A stretch of 61,019 nt of DNA, counting the filler. It is 4 parts of 4 records of this genome, joined end to end, with 100 filler letters (N's around TTAATTAATTAA, not from the genome) between each part and the next. Parts side by side here need not be neighbours in the genome. Positions count along the whole stretch, not along the records: positions 16,903 to 37,688 come from SRR20825006_972; 3 more parts are not named here. One strand, 5' to 3'. A model generated the notes under the pieces. The model searched no databases and was not told the DNA's origin. It saw only the letters and a list, made by a program, of their open reading frames with translations. This document shows, piece after piece, positions 18,450 to 28,235 of the stretch. The position numbers were made by a program, and so were the translations under genes. How positions within the stretch are numbered: position 1 is the first letter of the stretch; each line of letters opens with the position of its first letter.

Positions 18450-18860
18450 ATGAAAAAATTAATGCTTTTGCTACTTTTAGGTGTATGTATTACCGCTTGT
18501 AGCATTGATGATGAAGAAGACTTTGAGTTTGAGTTTGTAAACGTAGAGAGTGTAAACCTTCCAGATACACTTGTGTTTGGTAACACGTATCAATTTGAAG
18601 TTGTTTACAATCGCCCTACAGAATGCCATTTCTTTGCAGGATTTGACTATGCTAAAAATCAAAACACCAGAGAAGTTGCGGTGATTAATGCTTTTGAGCA
18701 AAACCAATCTTGTCCAGAGATGGAAAACTTGACTGGAACAACCGATTTAAATTTTATTGTAGAGCGAGACGATTTTTATATTTTCAAGTTCTATCAAGGA
18801 GAAGACAGTAATGGTGACGCGCAGTTTTTAACCGTTGAAGTTCCTGTTGCAGAAAATTAA
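18450..18860 (+). CDS. Lipoprotein, probably surface-exposed
   Basis: MKKLMLLLLLGVCITAC followed by acidic SIDDEED; two further Cys in the mature domain. Confidence 0.82.
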   Translation: MKKLMLLLLLGVCITACSIDDEEDFEFEFVNVESVNLPDTLVFGNTYQFEVVYNRPTECHFFAGFDYAKNQNTREVAVINAFEQNQSCPEMENLTGTTDLNFIVERDDFYIFKFYQGEDSNGDAQFLTVEVPVAEN

Positions 18861-18875
18861 TTAACAACAGAAAAT

Positions 18876-19415
18876 TTGAGTTTAGATCAACTCATTCTTA
18901 AATGCAAAAAGCAAGACATAAAGGCACAAGGACAGCTGTATCAATTATTTGCAGATAAGCTGTTTAGTGTAAGCCTAAAGTATTCTCGTAATTATAGCGA
19001 AGCAGAAGATAATTTGCAAGATGCTTTTTTACAGATATTTAAGAAAATAGATCAATATAAAAATAAAGGTTCTTTTGAAGGTTGGTTAAAACGTATTGTA
19101 ATAAACATAGCACTTCAAAAATATAGGAAGCAAACCTATTTTGAAATTGTAGACGAACAACAGCTAGAAGAACCTAGTGTAGAAGTAGAAGAAAATGATA
19201 TTAAGTTAGACTTTCTTTTAAAGTGCATACAACAATTACCAGACAGGTACAGGTTAGTATTTAACCTATATGTTTTAGATGGTTATGCACATAAAGATAT
19301 TGCGGATTTGTTAAGCATCTCTGTAGGAACATCTAAATCTAACCTTGCAAGAGCAAGACATATATTAAAGGCAACTATAGAAGACGCCCAACCAAAAGGA
19401 CAACAGTCTCTTTAA
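18876..19415 (+). CDS. ECF RNA polymerase sigma factor
   Basis: AEDNLQDAFL, SFEGWLKRIVIN, LPDRYRLVF and GTSKSNLARAR motifs. Confidence 0.94.
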   Translation: MSLDQLILKCKKQDIKAQGQLYQLFADKLFSVSLKYSRNYSEAEDNLQDAFLQIFKKIDQYKNKGSFEGWLKRIVINIALQKYRKQTYFEIVDEQQLEEPSVEVEENDIKLDFLLKCIQQLPDRYRLVFNLYVLDGYAHKDIADLLSISVGTSKSNLARARHILKATIEDAQPKGQQSL

Positions 19416-19423
19416 AAAGACTA

Positions 19424-20920
19424 ATGAAAGAGGAAAAAAACATAGATAGATTATTTCAAGAAAAGTTTAAAGACTTTAACGCAAAACCTAGCGCTAAAGT
19501 TTGGGCTAATATTGAAAAGGAACTCAAAGAAGATAAGGAAAGAACGCCATTTATTATCCCTTTATGGTATAAGATTGGAGGAATTGCAGCCGCATTAGCT
19601 TTGGTATTTTGGTTTTCCCAACCATTATTAACTACAGATACTACTAATACTATAGTTGATCAAGATGATTTAGAAAACACTAAAGTTAAAACCCAAGTAG
19701 AAGATAAAGATACAGTTAACAACAATTCTAAATTAGACGTTGTTGAAAATACTAACAATACATCATCGTCAGAAACATCTTCAACCAATGAAATTGTTTC
19801 TTCAACTGGTCAAAAAGCATCTAAAGAAATTAAATCAAATAAGAACACGTATAAATCTTCAGTTACTTTAAAAGAATCTATTTCTAATGTTAAAGGTGAT
19901 ATTAGAGTAGCTAACAAGAGTAACGTAAATCAAAAACAGAATAATAATTTAGAGCCTTTAGACAAGCGTTTAAATTCTAATGAAAACAATAAGTTTCAGC
20001 AACCTAACTCTACTCAGAATACTACTGCAGTAACTTCTGAAGACAGTAGCACTAACTCCAACATTTCAAGTGAAAAAGAAAATAATGAGACTACTGAGGT
20101 TGCTGAAACTAACTTACCATCGCTTTTAGAAGAAGCTGAAAAACAAAAGCAAGCAGAGACAGAAGATGAAGATGTAGTGGAAGCTACTACTTTTAAAAAA
20201 TGGAATGCAAGCCCTTATGTTGCTCCTATTTATGCTAGTGGTTTTGGAAACGGTAGCACTATAGATCCTCAATTTTCAGATAATGAAACTAGTAGTGATG
20301 TTACTTTGGCATATGGTGTAAATGTATCTTATGCAGTTAACGAACGCTTAAAGATTCGTTCTGGTGTAACTAGAATGACACACAGTACCAACACAAATAA
20401 TATTGCATTTAGTCCTTCGGGAAGAGAAACATCTCTACAAAACTTAAAACCAAACACTAATAGCGGTGTGTATGTGCAAGTAGGAGATAGCGAAACCCTT
20501 ACACCAACCGCTACATCTACCTTTACAGAAGACCAGCTTGTAGCAGATAGGACATCAGTATTTTTAGGAGACTTAAATCAACAATTAGGATTTATTGAAG
20601 TTCCTGTTGAGCTTGAATATGCTCTAATAAATAAGAGGTTTGGTGTTAACCTTATTGGTGGTGCCAGCACGTTGTTTTTAGAAGATAATAGTATTGCCGT
20701 TGTAAATAATGGTAATAGAAATGAGATTGGTGAAGCTACAAATGTAAACAACGTGAGTTTTTCAACAAATCTTGGATTAGGAGTAAATTATAAAATTACA
20801 AGTAGCCTACAGTTTAATGTAGAGCCTACATTTAAATATCAAATAAATACGTTTAGCAACTCTAGTAATTTTAACCCTTATTATTTGGGTGTATATTCTG
20901 GATTTAGCTTTAAGTTTTAA
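19424..20920 (+). CDS. Putative anti-sigma factor with TM helix, long disordered linker and C-terminal outer-membrane beta-barrel
   Basis: IDRLFQEKF..PSAKVWANIEKEL, TM helix, S/T/N/E-rich linker, amphipathic strands (EVPVELEY, GLGVNYK), C-terminal FSFKF. Confidence 0.8.
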   Translation: MKEEKNIDRLFQEKFKDFNAKPSAKVWANIEKELKEDKERTPFIIPLWYKIGGIAAALALVFWFSQPLLTTDTTNTIVDQDDLENTKVKTQVEDKDTVNNNSKLDVVENTNNTSSSETSSTNEIVSSTGQKASKEIKSNKNTYKSSVTLKESISNVKGDIRVANKSNVNQKQNNNLEPLDKRLNSNENNKFQQPNSTQNTTAVTSEDSSTNSNISSEKENNETTEVAETNLPSLLEEAEKQKQAETEDEDVVEATTFKKWNASPYVAPIYASGFGNGSTIDPQFSDNETSSDVTLAYGVNVSYAVNERLKIRSGVTRMTHSTNTNNIAFSPSGRETSLQNLKPNTNSGVYVQVGDSETLTPTATSTFTEDQLVADRTSVFLGDLNQQLGFIEVPVELEYALINKRFGVNLIGGASTLFLEDNSIAVVNNGNRNEIGEATNVNNVSFSTNLGLGVNYKITSSLQFNVEPTFKYQINTFSNSSNFNPYYLGVYSGFSFKF

Positions 20921-21033
20921 AGTATAATGTTAGCGAGGTGGTTCTCCTAACATTTGTTTTAAGTTAATTTTTAGTTGGTTAGGTAGTTATTGCAAAACTC
21001 TATCTGATGAGATAGCTTACAGCAATGATGACG

Positions 21034-21063
21034 AAAATCCGTTCTTTTAAGAGCGGATTTTTT
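21034..21063. terminator. Bidirectional terminator overlapping the plsC stop
   Basis: AAAATCCGTTCTT-TT-AAGAGCGGATTTTTT. Confidence 0.7.
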
Positions 21064-21793
21064 GTGCTTTTAATTCATTTAATATTTTAGTTCTGCACGC
21101 AGATTTTAAATCTGCTCTATTAACTTGCGATTTTCCTTTTGTATTAACAAACTTTAAAACTTTAGCTCTTGTTTTACCTAAACTACCGCTAAAGAATGTA
21201 TAAGAAAACCGAGCTTTATTATCATAAAATACAATAGGCACAATAGGTATTTGATGCTCTATTGCCAGCCTAAATGCACCATCTTTAAATACATCTAATA
21301 CAACAGACTCGTCATCTGGAACACCACCTTCAGGAAAAATGCAAATACTTATTCCTGTATCTAAGCGTTTTTTAGCACTATCAAATACAGCTTTTCTGCT
21401 TGATGCATTATTACGATCTACCAAAATACAAGTACGTTTATAAAAGAAACCGAAAATTGGAATTTTAGCCAACTCTGCTTTACCTACAAATACAAATGGA
21501 TTTTTTATAGTGTGTAGCATTAGCATAATATCTATCATACTAGTGTGGTTTGCTATAAACATATAAGAATGTCCTGGTTTAGGTTTTTGCTCATACGTTC
21601 TTGAAGGAATAAAACCCATACCATATAAAATAAGTTTAGCCCAAAAACGCGCTAATTTAAAGAAGAATGGATACCAGGATTTTTTTGAAATGCTTATTAA
21701 TAAAATAGGGAACATAATGACCAATGGTAAACCCATTAATAGGTAAAACCAAATGCGCCACAGAAGGATAAAAAAATTACGCATTAAAGACAT
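21047..21793 (-). CDS. plsC: 1-acyl-sn-glycerol-3-phosphate acyltransferase (PlsC family)
   Basis: NHTSMID (NHxxxxD), FPEGG and FKDGAF motifs. Confidence 0.85.
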   Translation of the reverse strand: MSLMRNFFILLWRIWFYLLMGLPLVIMFPILLISISKKSWYPFFFKLARFWAKLILYGMGFIPSRTYEQKPKPGHSYMFIANHTSMIDIMLMLHTIKNPFVFVGKAELAKIPIFGFFYKRTCILVDRNNASSRKAVFDSAKKRLDTGISICIFPEGGVPDDESVVLDVFKDGAFRLAIEHQIPIVPIVFYDNKARFSYTFFSGSLGKTRAKVLKFVNTKGKSQVNRADLKSACRTKILNELKAQKIRS

Positions 21794-21867
21794 CTTTCAA
21801 AAGTAGGGATTTGTATGTCATATTTCTTAAAAAAAGTACCTTTGCTGTCAAATTTAAAGATAACAGA

Positions 21868-22836
21868 ATGTCTAGGATATTAACAGGCGTACAAAGTACT
21901 GGAACGCCACATTTGGGTAATTTATTAGGAGCTATTATACCGGCAATAGAAATGTCGAACGATCCTAAAAACGAATCATATCTATTTATAGCAGATTTAC
22001 ATTCGCTTACTCAAATTAAAGATGCAGAAACATTACGCCAAAATACCTATGCCACCGCAGCTACTTGGTTAGCTTTTGGTCTTGATGTAAACAAGACTGT
22101 TTTTTATCGCCAAAGTGATATACCTCAAGTTACAGAGTTATCTTGGTATTTAAGCTGCTTTTATCCCTACCAACGCTTAACATTAGCACATTCATTTAAA
22201 GACAAAGCAGACCGTTTAGAAGATGTAAATGCAGGCTTGTTTACATATCCAATGTTAATGGCGGCAGATATATTAATTTATGATGCTGAAATTATTCCAG
22301 TAGGAAAAGACCAACTGCAACATATAGAAATGACAAGAGATGTAGCTTCCAGATTTCACGCTAAATTAGGAGATACTTTTGTGATGCCAGATGGCAAGAT
22401 ACAAGAGGAAACTATGTATATTCCTGGTACAGATGGAGCTAAGATGAGTAAATCTAAAGGAAACATCATTAACTTATTTTTACCAGACAAGAAATTGCGT
22501 AAGCAAATAATGACAATTGAAACAGATAGCACACCGCTTGAAGAACCTAAGGATACAGATACTTGTAATGTTTTTGCACTGTATAAATTATTAGGTACTA
22601 AAGAACAAGTAGAGCAGATGATGCAAAACTATGCAGGCGGAAACTATGGCTACGGTCACGCCAAACAAGCATTGTACGAACTTATTATTGAAAAATTTGC
22701 TGCCGAACGTGAGCGTTTTAATCATTATATGAATAATACAGATAAAATAGATGCTGCTTTAAAAATTGGACAAGAAAAGGCAACTAAAACCGCTAACGAG
22801 GTGTTGAAAAGAGTAAGAGAAAAATTGGGATATTAA
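21868..22836 (+). CDS. trpS: Tryptophan--tRNA ligase
   Basis: TGVQSTGTPHLGN, YPMLMAADIL, GKDQLQH and KMSKS motifs. TACCTTTG at 21837-21844. Confidence 0.96.
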   Translation: MSRILTGVQSTGTPHLGNLLGAIIPAIEMSNDPKNESYLFIADLHSLTQIKDAETLRQNTYATAATWLAFGLDVNKTVFYRQSDIPQVTELSWYLSCFYPYQRLTLAHSFKDKADRLEDVNAGLFTYPMLMAADILIYDAEIIPVGKDQLQHIEMTRDVASRFHAKLGDTFVMPDGKIQEETMYIPGTDGAKMSKSKGNIINLFLPDKKLRKQIMTIETDSTPLEEPKDTDTCNVFALYKLLGTKEQVEQMMQNYAGGNYGYGHAKQALYELIIEKFAAERERFNHYMNNTDKIDAALKIGQEKATKTANEVLKRVREKLGY

Positions 22837-22849
22837 TTTATCTAAAATA

Positions 22850-23452
22850 CTAGAAGGTATAGCCAAGTCTTAAATGCAGATCTACTGCCACATCAGAATC
22901 ATCTCCGATAAATATTCTGTTGCGGTCATTTGGATAAAATAGTTTTCGATAACCAATACCTATACCTGTTTCATAGGTAAAGTGTTTACCTATTGTACGC
23001 TTAATTGCCCATTTAGGTATTATTTGAAGATCTGGAATAACTTCAATATTTTCAACATTACTTATGACAAATAAATTGGGATGATAACTAATTTTAAGTG
23101 TTAGAAAGTTTGCTGTATTATTGGCTATCTTTTTTCCTTTTCTAAAACGTCTATTAAGGCTGTAATACCATCTTGGTTCTAAGGTTATAACAGGTGTTAA
23201 AAGGAATTTATCATTAGAGCCAATAAACTCTGCATTAAAAATATCTGCATCAAGACCAATTTCTGTACGTAAGGCAATGGTGTTTGTGAGTCTTGCTTCA
23301 TTATGACCCCAAATACCAAGAAAGCCAGTTTGTATCCCGTATAAAGATTTTTCAACACTTGCCTTTTGAGTGGACGTTTGTGCGTTTATATTATTAGCTA
23401 TCGCTAAAAATATAAATACGTATAAGGCCTTTTTAATAGGTGATTGATGCAT
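22850..23452 (-). CDS. Hypothetical outer-membrane beta-barrel protein
   Basis: Signal peptide, EPRWYY, ETGIGIGY and C-terminal LRLGYTF. Confidence 0.72.
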   Translation of the reverse strand: MHQSPIKKALYVFIFLAIANNINAQTSTQKASVEKSLYGIQTGFLGIWGHNEARLTNTIALRTEIGLDADIFNAEFIGSNDKFLLTPVITLEPRWYYSLNRRFRKGKKIANNTANFLTLKISYHPNLFVISNVENIEVIPDLQIIPKWAIKRTIGKHFTYETGIGIGYRKLFYPNDRNRIFIGDDSDVAVDLHLRLGYTF

Positions 23453-23492
23453 AGAAATAGTTATTAATTCTCTAAATCTAAACAATAAAAGT

Positions 23493-24593
23493 TTAAAACA
23501 CTTCGAACAACTTACCAGGTAACGGTCTTATAACACCTTTCATTTCCATACTAAGCAATACAGAAGCAATTTTGTAACTAGGCATATTACAGCCTAAAGC
23601 AATAAGGTCTATGTGCTCTTTACCTTGTTCTTGTAAATACTTATAAATAGTTTTTTCTGTATCATCTAATTCTACAAACAAGCTTTTTTGAACTGTTTTT
23701 GGTTTTTCGTTTATGTCCCAATTTAGCATATAAATTAAATCTGCTGCACTTGTTAGTACGTGTGCCTGCTGTTTTTTAATTAAGGTGTTACACCCAACAC
23801 TTTGTGTGTCTTTAGGTCTTCCAGGAACTGCAAAAACCTCTCTGTCATAAGAGTTGGCAATATCTGCAGTAACTAAGGAACCACCTTTCTCGGCACTTTC
23901 TATAACAATTGTGGCTTCACTTAAGCCAGCAATAATACGGTTACGCTTTAAAAAATTATTCCTATCAAAAGTATCACTACTCCAAAAGTCTGTAATAAAA
24001 CCACCATTATCTTCTATCTGCGACACATACTTAGAATGTACTTTAGGATAAATTTGGTTTAAACCATGAGCTAAACAACCTATGGTTTGCAATTGGTGTT
24101 TAACAGCAGACTTTTGCGCAGTTATATCTACACCATAAGCAAAACCAGAAACTATTATTGGGTTTAATGGAGACAATGCTTCAATAAACTCGTTACAAAA
24201 AGAGATGCCTTGTGTGGTAACTTTTCTAGTGCCAACAATACTTATAATATGCCTGTTATTTAAATTAATAGCGCCACGTTGAAATAGTAAAATAGGGCCA
24301 TCTGCACATTGCTTTAAGCGCTCAGGATATTCAGAATCCATATAGTTCTGTGTAGTGATATTGTTAGCTTTTATAAATTCGAGTTCAGTTTCTGCAGCGT
24401 CAAATAAACTTACATCAAACAATCCTTTTATACGATGCTCTCCAATACCATCTATTTTTAATAAATTTTGACGTTTCTCCTTAAAAACACCTTCAACAGA
24501 TCCTACAACAGCAATTAATTTTTTTGCTGTGGTATCTCCAAGATTTGGCGCTTTCTGTAAGGCAAGAAGATGTAAAAGGCTATTGGTATTCAT
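23493..24593 (-). CDS. dprA: DNA-processing protein DprA
   Basis: IVGTRK, VSGFAYGVD, RNRIIAGLS, GGSLVTA and FAVPG motifs; C-terminal wHTH. Confidence 0.94.
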   Translation of the reverse strand: MNTNSLLHLLALQKAPNLGDTTAKKLIAVVGSVEGVFKEKRQNLLKIDGIGEHRIKGLFDVSLFDAAETELEFIKANNITTQNYMDSEYPERLKQCADGPILLFQRGAINLNNRHIISIVGTRKVTTQGISFCNEFIEALSPLNPIIVSGFAYGVDITAQKSAVKHQLQTIGCLAHGLNQIYPKVHSKYVSQIEDNGGFITDFWSSDTFDRNNFLKRNRIIAGLSEATIVIESAEKGGSLVTADIANSYDREVFAVPGRPKDTQSVGCNTLIKKQQAHVLTSAADLIYMLNWDINEKPKTVQKSLFVELDDTEKTIYKYLQEQGKEHIDLIALGCNMPSYKIASVLLSMEMKGVIRPLPGKLFEVF

Positions 24594-24693
24594 GACAGTT
24601 GACTAAGTTACTGTATTTTATCAATTTTTAAGCTGTTGATAAATTTTAAGATTTGTCTTTTACCACGCTATTTTTTCTGTTACTTTTGAAACA

Positions 24694-25647
24694 ATGACTA
24701 TTTCTCAACACATATCAGATTTACTATACCGATACGAGTGCGTAATTGTTCCAAACTTTGGAGCCTTTATTACTCAAACAGAATCGGCACGCGTTCACGA
24801 AACTACCAATGCATTTTATCCGCCAAGAAAGGTAGTATCGTTTAATGAACAACTTCAAAAATCTGATGGGTTGTTAGTTAACCATATTGCAACTACAGAG
24901 CATTCTAACTATTATGCGGCATCTTCAAAAGTTGAAGCTTTTGTTAGAGAATCAAAATTGGCATTAGATACAGAGAATACCTTTTCATTAGAAAATATAG
25001 GTACCTTTTCTAGAACCGAAGAAGGAAAGTTATTATTTGATCCTTCTTACCATATAAACTACCTAGCATCATCTTTTGGTTTATCTTCTTTTACATCTTC
25101 TTCTGTAGTAAGGGAAACTGTACAAGAGCATTTAGAGCAAGACGAAATAGAGGTTGAGGAACAAACTCCTGTAGTAATTTTAGAAAACACAAGAGAAACC
25201 AAACGTCCATACTTAAAGTATGCTGCCGTTGGCTTGTTGGCACTAGGTCTTTCTGGGTTTTTAGGTTTAAACTATTATAGCTCTCAAGTAAAAGCACATA
25301 ACATTGCAGAACAACAAAAAGCAGATGCTCAACTAGAACAACACATACAACAAGCAACGTTTGTTATAGATAACCCTTTACAGCCTGTTACTTTTAAGGT
25401 AGAAAAACCAAAAGGTAATTACCATATTATTGCAGGAGCGTTTAGAGTTGAAGAAAATGCAGATAAAAAGGTAAGCCAGTTGGAAGCTAAAGGCTTTAAA
25501 GCTAGACGTATTGGTAAAAACAAATATGGTTTACACCAAGTTGTATATAGTAGTCATTCAGATAGGCTAGAGGCTTTGCAGGCATTACGCAATGTAAAGC
25601 GTGATGAAAATGCAAGCGCTTGGTTGCTTGTACAGGACAAAGATTAA
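24694..25647 (+). CDS. HU-like N-domain, TM helix and SPOR domain protein
   Basis: ISDLLYRYECVIVPNFGAF and DGLLVNHI N-domain, TM helix, YHIIAGAFRVEENA SPOR motif. Confidence 0.85.
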   Translation: MTISQHISDLLYRYECVIVPNFGAFITQTESARVHETTNAFYPPRKVVSFNEQLQKSDGLLVNHIATTEHSNYYAASSKVEAFVRESKLALDTENTFSLENIGTFSRTEEGKLLFDPSYHINYLASSFGLSSFTSSSVVRETVQEHLEQDEIEVEEQTPVVILENTRETKRPYLKYAAVGLLALGLSGFLGLNYYSSQVKAHNIAEQQKADAQLEQHIQQATFVIDNPLQPVTFKVEKPKGNYHIIAGAFRVEENADKKVSQLEAKGFKARRIGKNKYGLHQVVYSSHSDRLEALQALRNVKRDENASAWLLVQDKD

Positions 25648-25709
25648 ATAAGCGTTAATTACTTTTATACTCCTCATTTCCATAGTACCTTTGCAAAAAA
25701 GAAAATGCT

Positions 25710-26222
25710 ATGGAGGCAAAGACCCCAAAAGAATCTAAAACTACGTATACAGACTTGGTATTACCAAGCGAAACCAATCCTTTAAACAATCTTTTTGGAG
25801 GTGAGCTATTAGCAAGAATGGATCGTGCAGCAAGTATATCTGCAAGGCGCCACAGCCGTCGTATAGTAGTAACTGCATCTGTAAATCACGTTGCATTTAA
25901 TAGAAGCATTCCCGTAGGAAGTGTTGTTACCGTAGAGGCTATTGTTTCTCGTGCATTTAGAACTTCTATGGAAGTTTTTATTGAAGTGTATGTAGAAGAT
26001 AGAGAAAGCGGTCTTAGAAGCCTTTCTAACGAAGCGATTTATACATTTGTAGCTGTAGATGATTTAGGTAGTCCAGTTGCTATACCACCATTAAAACCAG
26101 AAACAGACCTTGAAATTTCTCGTTATGACGCTGCATTAAGACGTAAGCAATTAAGTTTAGTGTTAGCAGGTAAAATGAAAGCTAATGATGCTACAGAACT
26201 AAAGGCACTGTTTGAAGATTAA
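25710..26222 (+). CDS. Acyl-CoA thioesterase (hotdog fold)
   Basis: TNPLNNLFGGELLARMD, VTASV and TFVAVD motifs. Confidence 0.9.
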   Translation: MEAKTPKESKTTYTDLVLPSETNPLNNLFGGELLARMDRAASISARRHSRRIVVTASVNHVAFNRSIPVGSVVTVEAIVSRAFRTSMEVFIEVYVEDRESGLRSLSNEAIYTFVAVDDLGSPVAIPPLKPETDLEISRYDAALRRKQLSLVLAGKMKANDATELKALFED

Positions 26223-26238
26223 CTAAACAGTAATCACA

Positions 26239-27462
26239 TTACATTTTAAACACCCAACTTGCTGGATTCAGTTTTTGGGTGTTTTTATATATAAGGAAGT
26301 AAAGCGTTGTTTTTCCTGTAGCTGTACTTTTTCCTATTTCACCAAGATCTTGATTAATATCTACATCATCTCCTTTTCTTACAGATACGCTAGATAGGTT
26401 AGAGTAAATTGTAATATAGTCACCATGTCTTACCATCACTACTTTATTAGCACCCTTTACAGCTTGTATCTCACTTACCTTTCCTCCAAATACTGCACGA
26501 GCACGACCCTTATCTTCAGTATCTATCCTAACACCATTACTTGAAATTGTGGTAGATTTTACAATAGGATGTGGTTGTGTACCAAAACGCATAGAAACCA
26601 CACCATTTTTAACTGGCCATGGTAACTTACCCTTGTTTTGTTCAAATTTAGATGCTAAGGCTTTAGATTCTGGTGTAGCTTTAAAACGACCGCGATCTAC
26701 ATCTTCTTTAGCAGCGCCTTTATTACTTTTTGCAATGGCTTCCCTAATAATGCGGTCTATCTCATTATCTATACGGTTAATTTCTTGCTGTTTCTTACGA
26801 ATCTCTGCAGTAAATTGACCTTCTTTCTTTCGTATTTGTGCAACTAATACTTCTTGCGCCTCTTTATCTTTTCTTAATTGCGCTTGTACAACTTTATTTT
26901 CTTTAATGAGTTTGTCTTTATCCTTACGCTGCTCAATTAAATCTGCATTTAAGGTTTGCAGCATTTTTGTGCGTTCTTGTATTTGCTCACCTTGCTCTTT
27001 ACGGTACTCTGTATATTGTTTCATATACTGTACACGTTTATAAGCTTGCAAAAAGTTTTTAGAAGATAACAAGAACATAATTCTGTTTTGGTTACTTCGG
27101 CTTTTATATGATTTGACAATCATCTTGTCATAATCTTCTTTTAAGCTCACTAACTCATCCCTAAATTTTTCAATTTTCTTTAAGTTATTGTTTATGTTTC
27201 GAGTAAGCAGATTAGCTTGTTGGTTAGTAACCTTAATTAGCCGTTCTGTTGTAGAAATTTGAGTATCTAAATCTTCAACCTGAGTTAATACAGATTTTTG
27301 CTTTTTCAAGTTACTTGTACGTAAGGCATTAATACGCTTAATTTCCTGTTGTAACTCAAAACGCCTGTTTTCTAACTCTTTACGTTTGCTGTCTTGTGCA
27401 TGAGACAAAAATCCTCCTAAAAGAAGGCTTACTATTACTAGGGTTTTTAGTACTCTACTCAT
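26239..27462 (-). CDS. EnvC-like murein hydrolase activator (coiled coil plus M23 domain)
   Basis: Long coiled coil, KGKLPWPV, degenerate M23 domain (RHGDYITIYSNL, LYF.I, LNP.SW). Confidence 0.87.
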   Translation of the reverse strand: MSRVLKTLVIVSLLLGGFLSHAQDSKRKELENRRFELQQEIKRINALRTSNLKKQKSVLTQVEDLDTQISTTERLIKVTNQQANLLTRNINNNLKKIEKFRDELVSLKEDYDKMIVKSYKSRSNQNRIMFLLSSKNFLQAYKRVQYMKQYTEYRKEQGEQIQERTKMLQTLNADLIEQRKDKDKLIKENKVVQAQLRKDKEAQEVLVAQIRKKEGQFTAEIRKKQQEINRIDNEIDRIIREAIAKSNKGAAKEDVDRGRFKATPESKALASKFEQNKGKLPWPVKNGVVSMRFGTQPHPIVKSTTISSNGVRIDTEDKGRARAVFGGKVSEIQAVKGANKVVMVRHGDYITIYSNLSSVSVRKGDDVDINQDLGEIGKSTATGKTTLYFLIYKNTQKLNPASWVFKM

Positions 27463-28235
27463 TTAAGTTCAATTTCATCATAACCACTTGGGATACTAAA
27501 AGGAAAGCTTACATCTACATTAAACTCTACAGACCTGTATTCTATATCTATTAATGTGTTTTTATTGTTTTGATTTGCAACAATATTAATTTCATTTGGA
27601 AACACTTGACCAGAAATAGTTTGATAAGTGGGATAGGTCACAATTGCACTTTGGTTTTCATTATTATTTACCAACTGCTGCGCTTCTGTTTTATATGTTG
27701 ATGCGTTTAGCAAAAATAACCTCGTAAATAAATCAAATTGTTTTTTTGGTTGAAGAACATAACCACGATCTGAAGTTTCTAATATGTAAGGTTCTTGTCT
27801 TAGGTCATAAATTGTTTGGCCTAATAAGATGTTTTGAACTTTATTAAAATCTAATTCAGTTCCTAGTACATCAGATAATAACCTAAAATCACCATCAAAA
27901 TAACTTCCTGAAATTTTCTCATAATATTTAACGCTATTAGGTGTAATTAAAACTTTAGCAAGTGGTATACCTAATATATTAGCACTCATCCATATGGCTT
28001 TATCTTTTTCCATACGTATGCTTACAGAAACGTTTTGAGTTTGCTTCTCATCTTGGTACCGCACTTTTAAACGACCTGCTAGCGTTTCAAAACTAACTGC
28101 ATTTTCATAATGTTTTTTAATAACATTTGCTGTTGCTAAATCTGTGGTGCCACTGGTTTCTGACACCAATTTTTTGCTTCCGCAAGACATTAGTATCAAA
28201 ACGATGCAAAGTGATAATAGTGGTTTGTAGGTCAT
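27459..28235 (-). CDS. DUF4292 family lipoprotein
   Basis: Lipobox LMSC; IRMEKDKAIWMS, VQNILLG and FPFSIPSGY motifs. Confidence 0.8.
   Translation of the reverse strand: MTYKPLLSLCIVLILMSCGSKKLVSETSGTTDLATANVIKKHYENAVSFETLAGRLKVRYQDEKQTQNVSVSIRMEKDKAIWMSANILGIPLAKVLITPNSVKYYEKISGSYFDGDFRLLSDVLGTELDFNKVQNILLGQTIYDLRQEPYILETSDRGYVLQPKKQFDLFTRLFLLNASTYKTEAQQLVNNNENQSAIVTYPTYQTISGQVFPNEINIVANQNNKNTLIDIEYRSVEFNVDVSFPFSIPSGYDEIELK

Noticed and set aside
21004-21063. Hammerhead ribozyme-like CTGATGA...GAAA followed by a stem
   Set aside because: Stems I and II cannot be formed. CTGATGA is part of another hairpin, and the following stem is the terminator.
7139-24593. ComEA, RecA and DprA as a competence locus
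   Set aside because: ComEA is on a different contig, and recA and dprA are separated by unrelated housekeeping genes.
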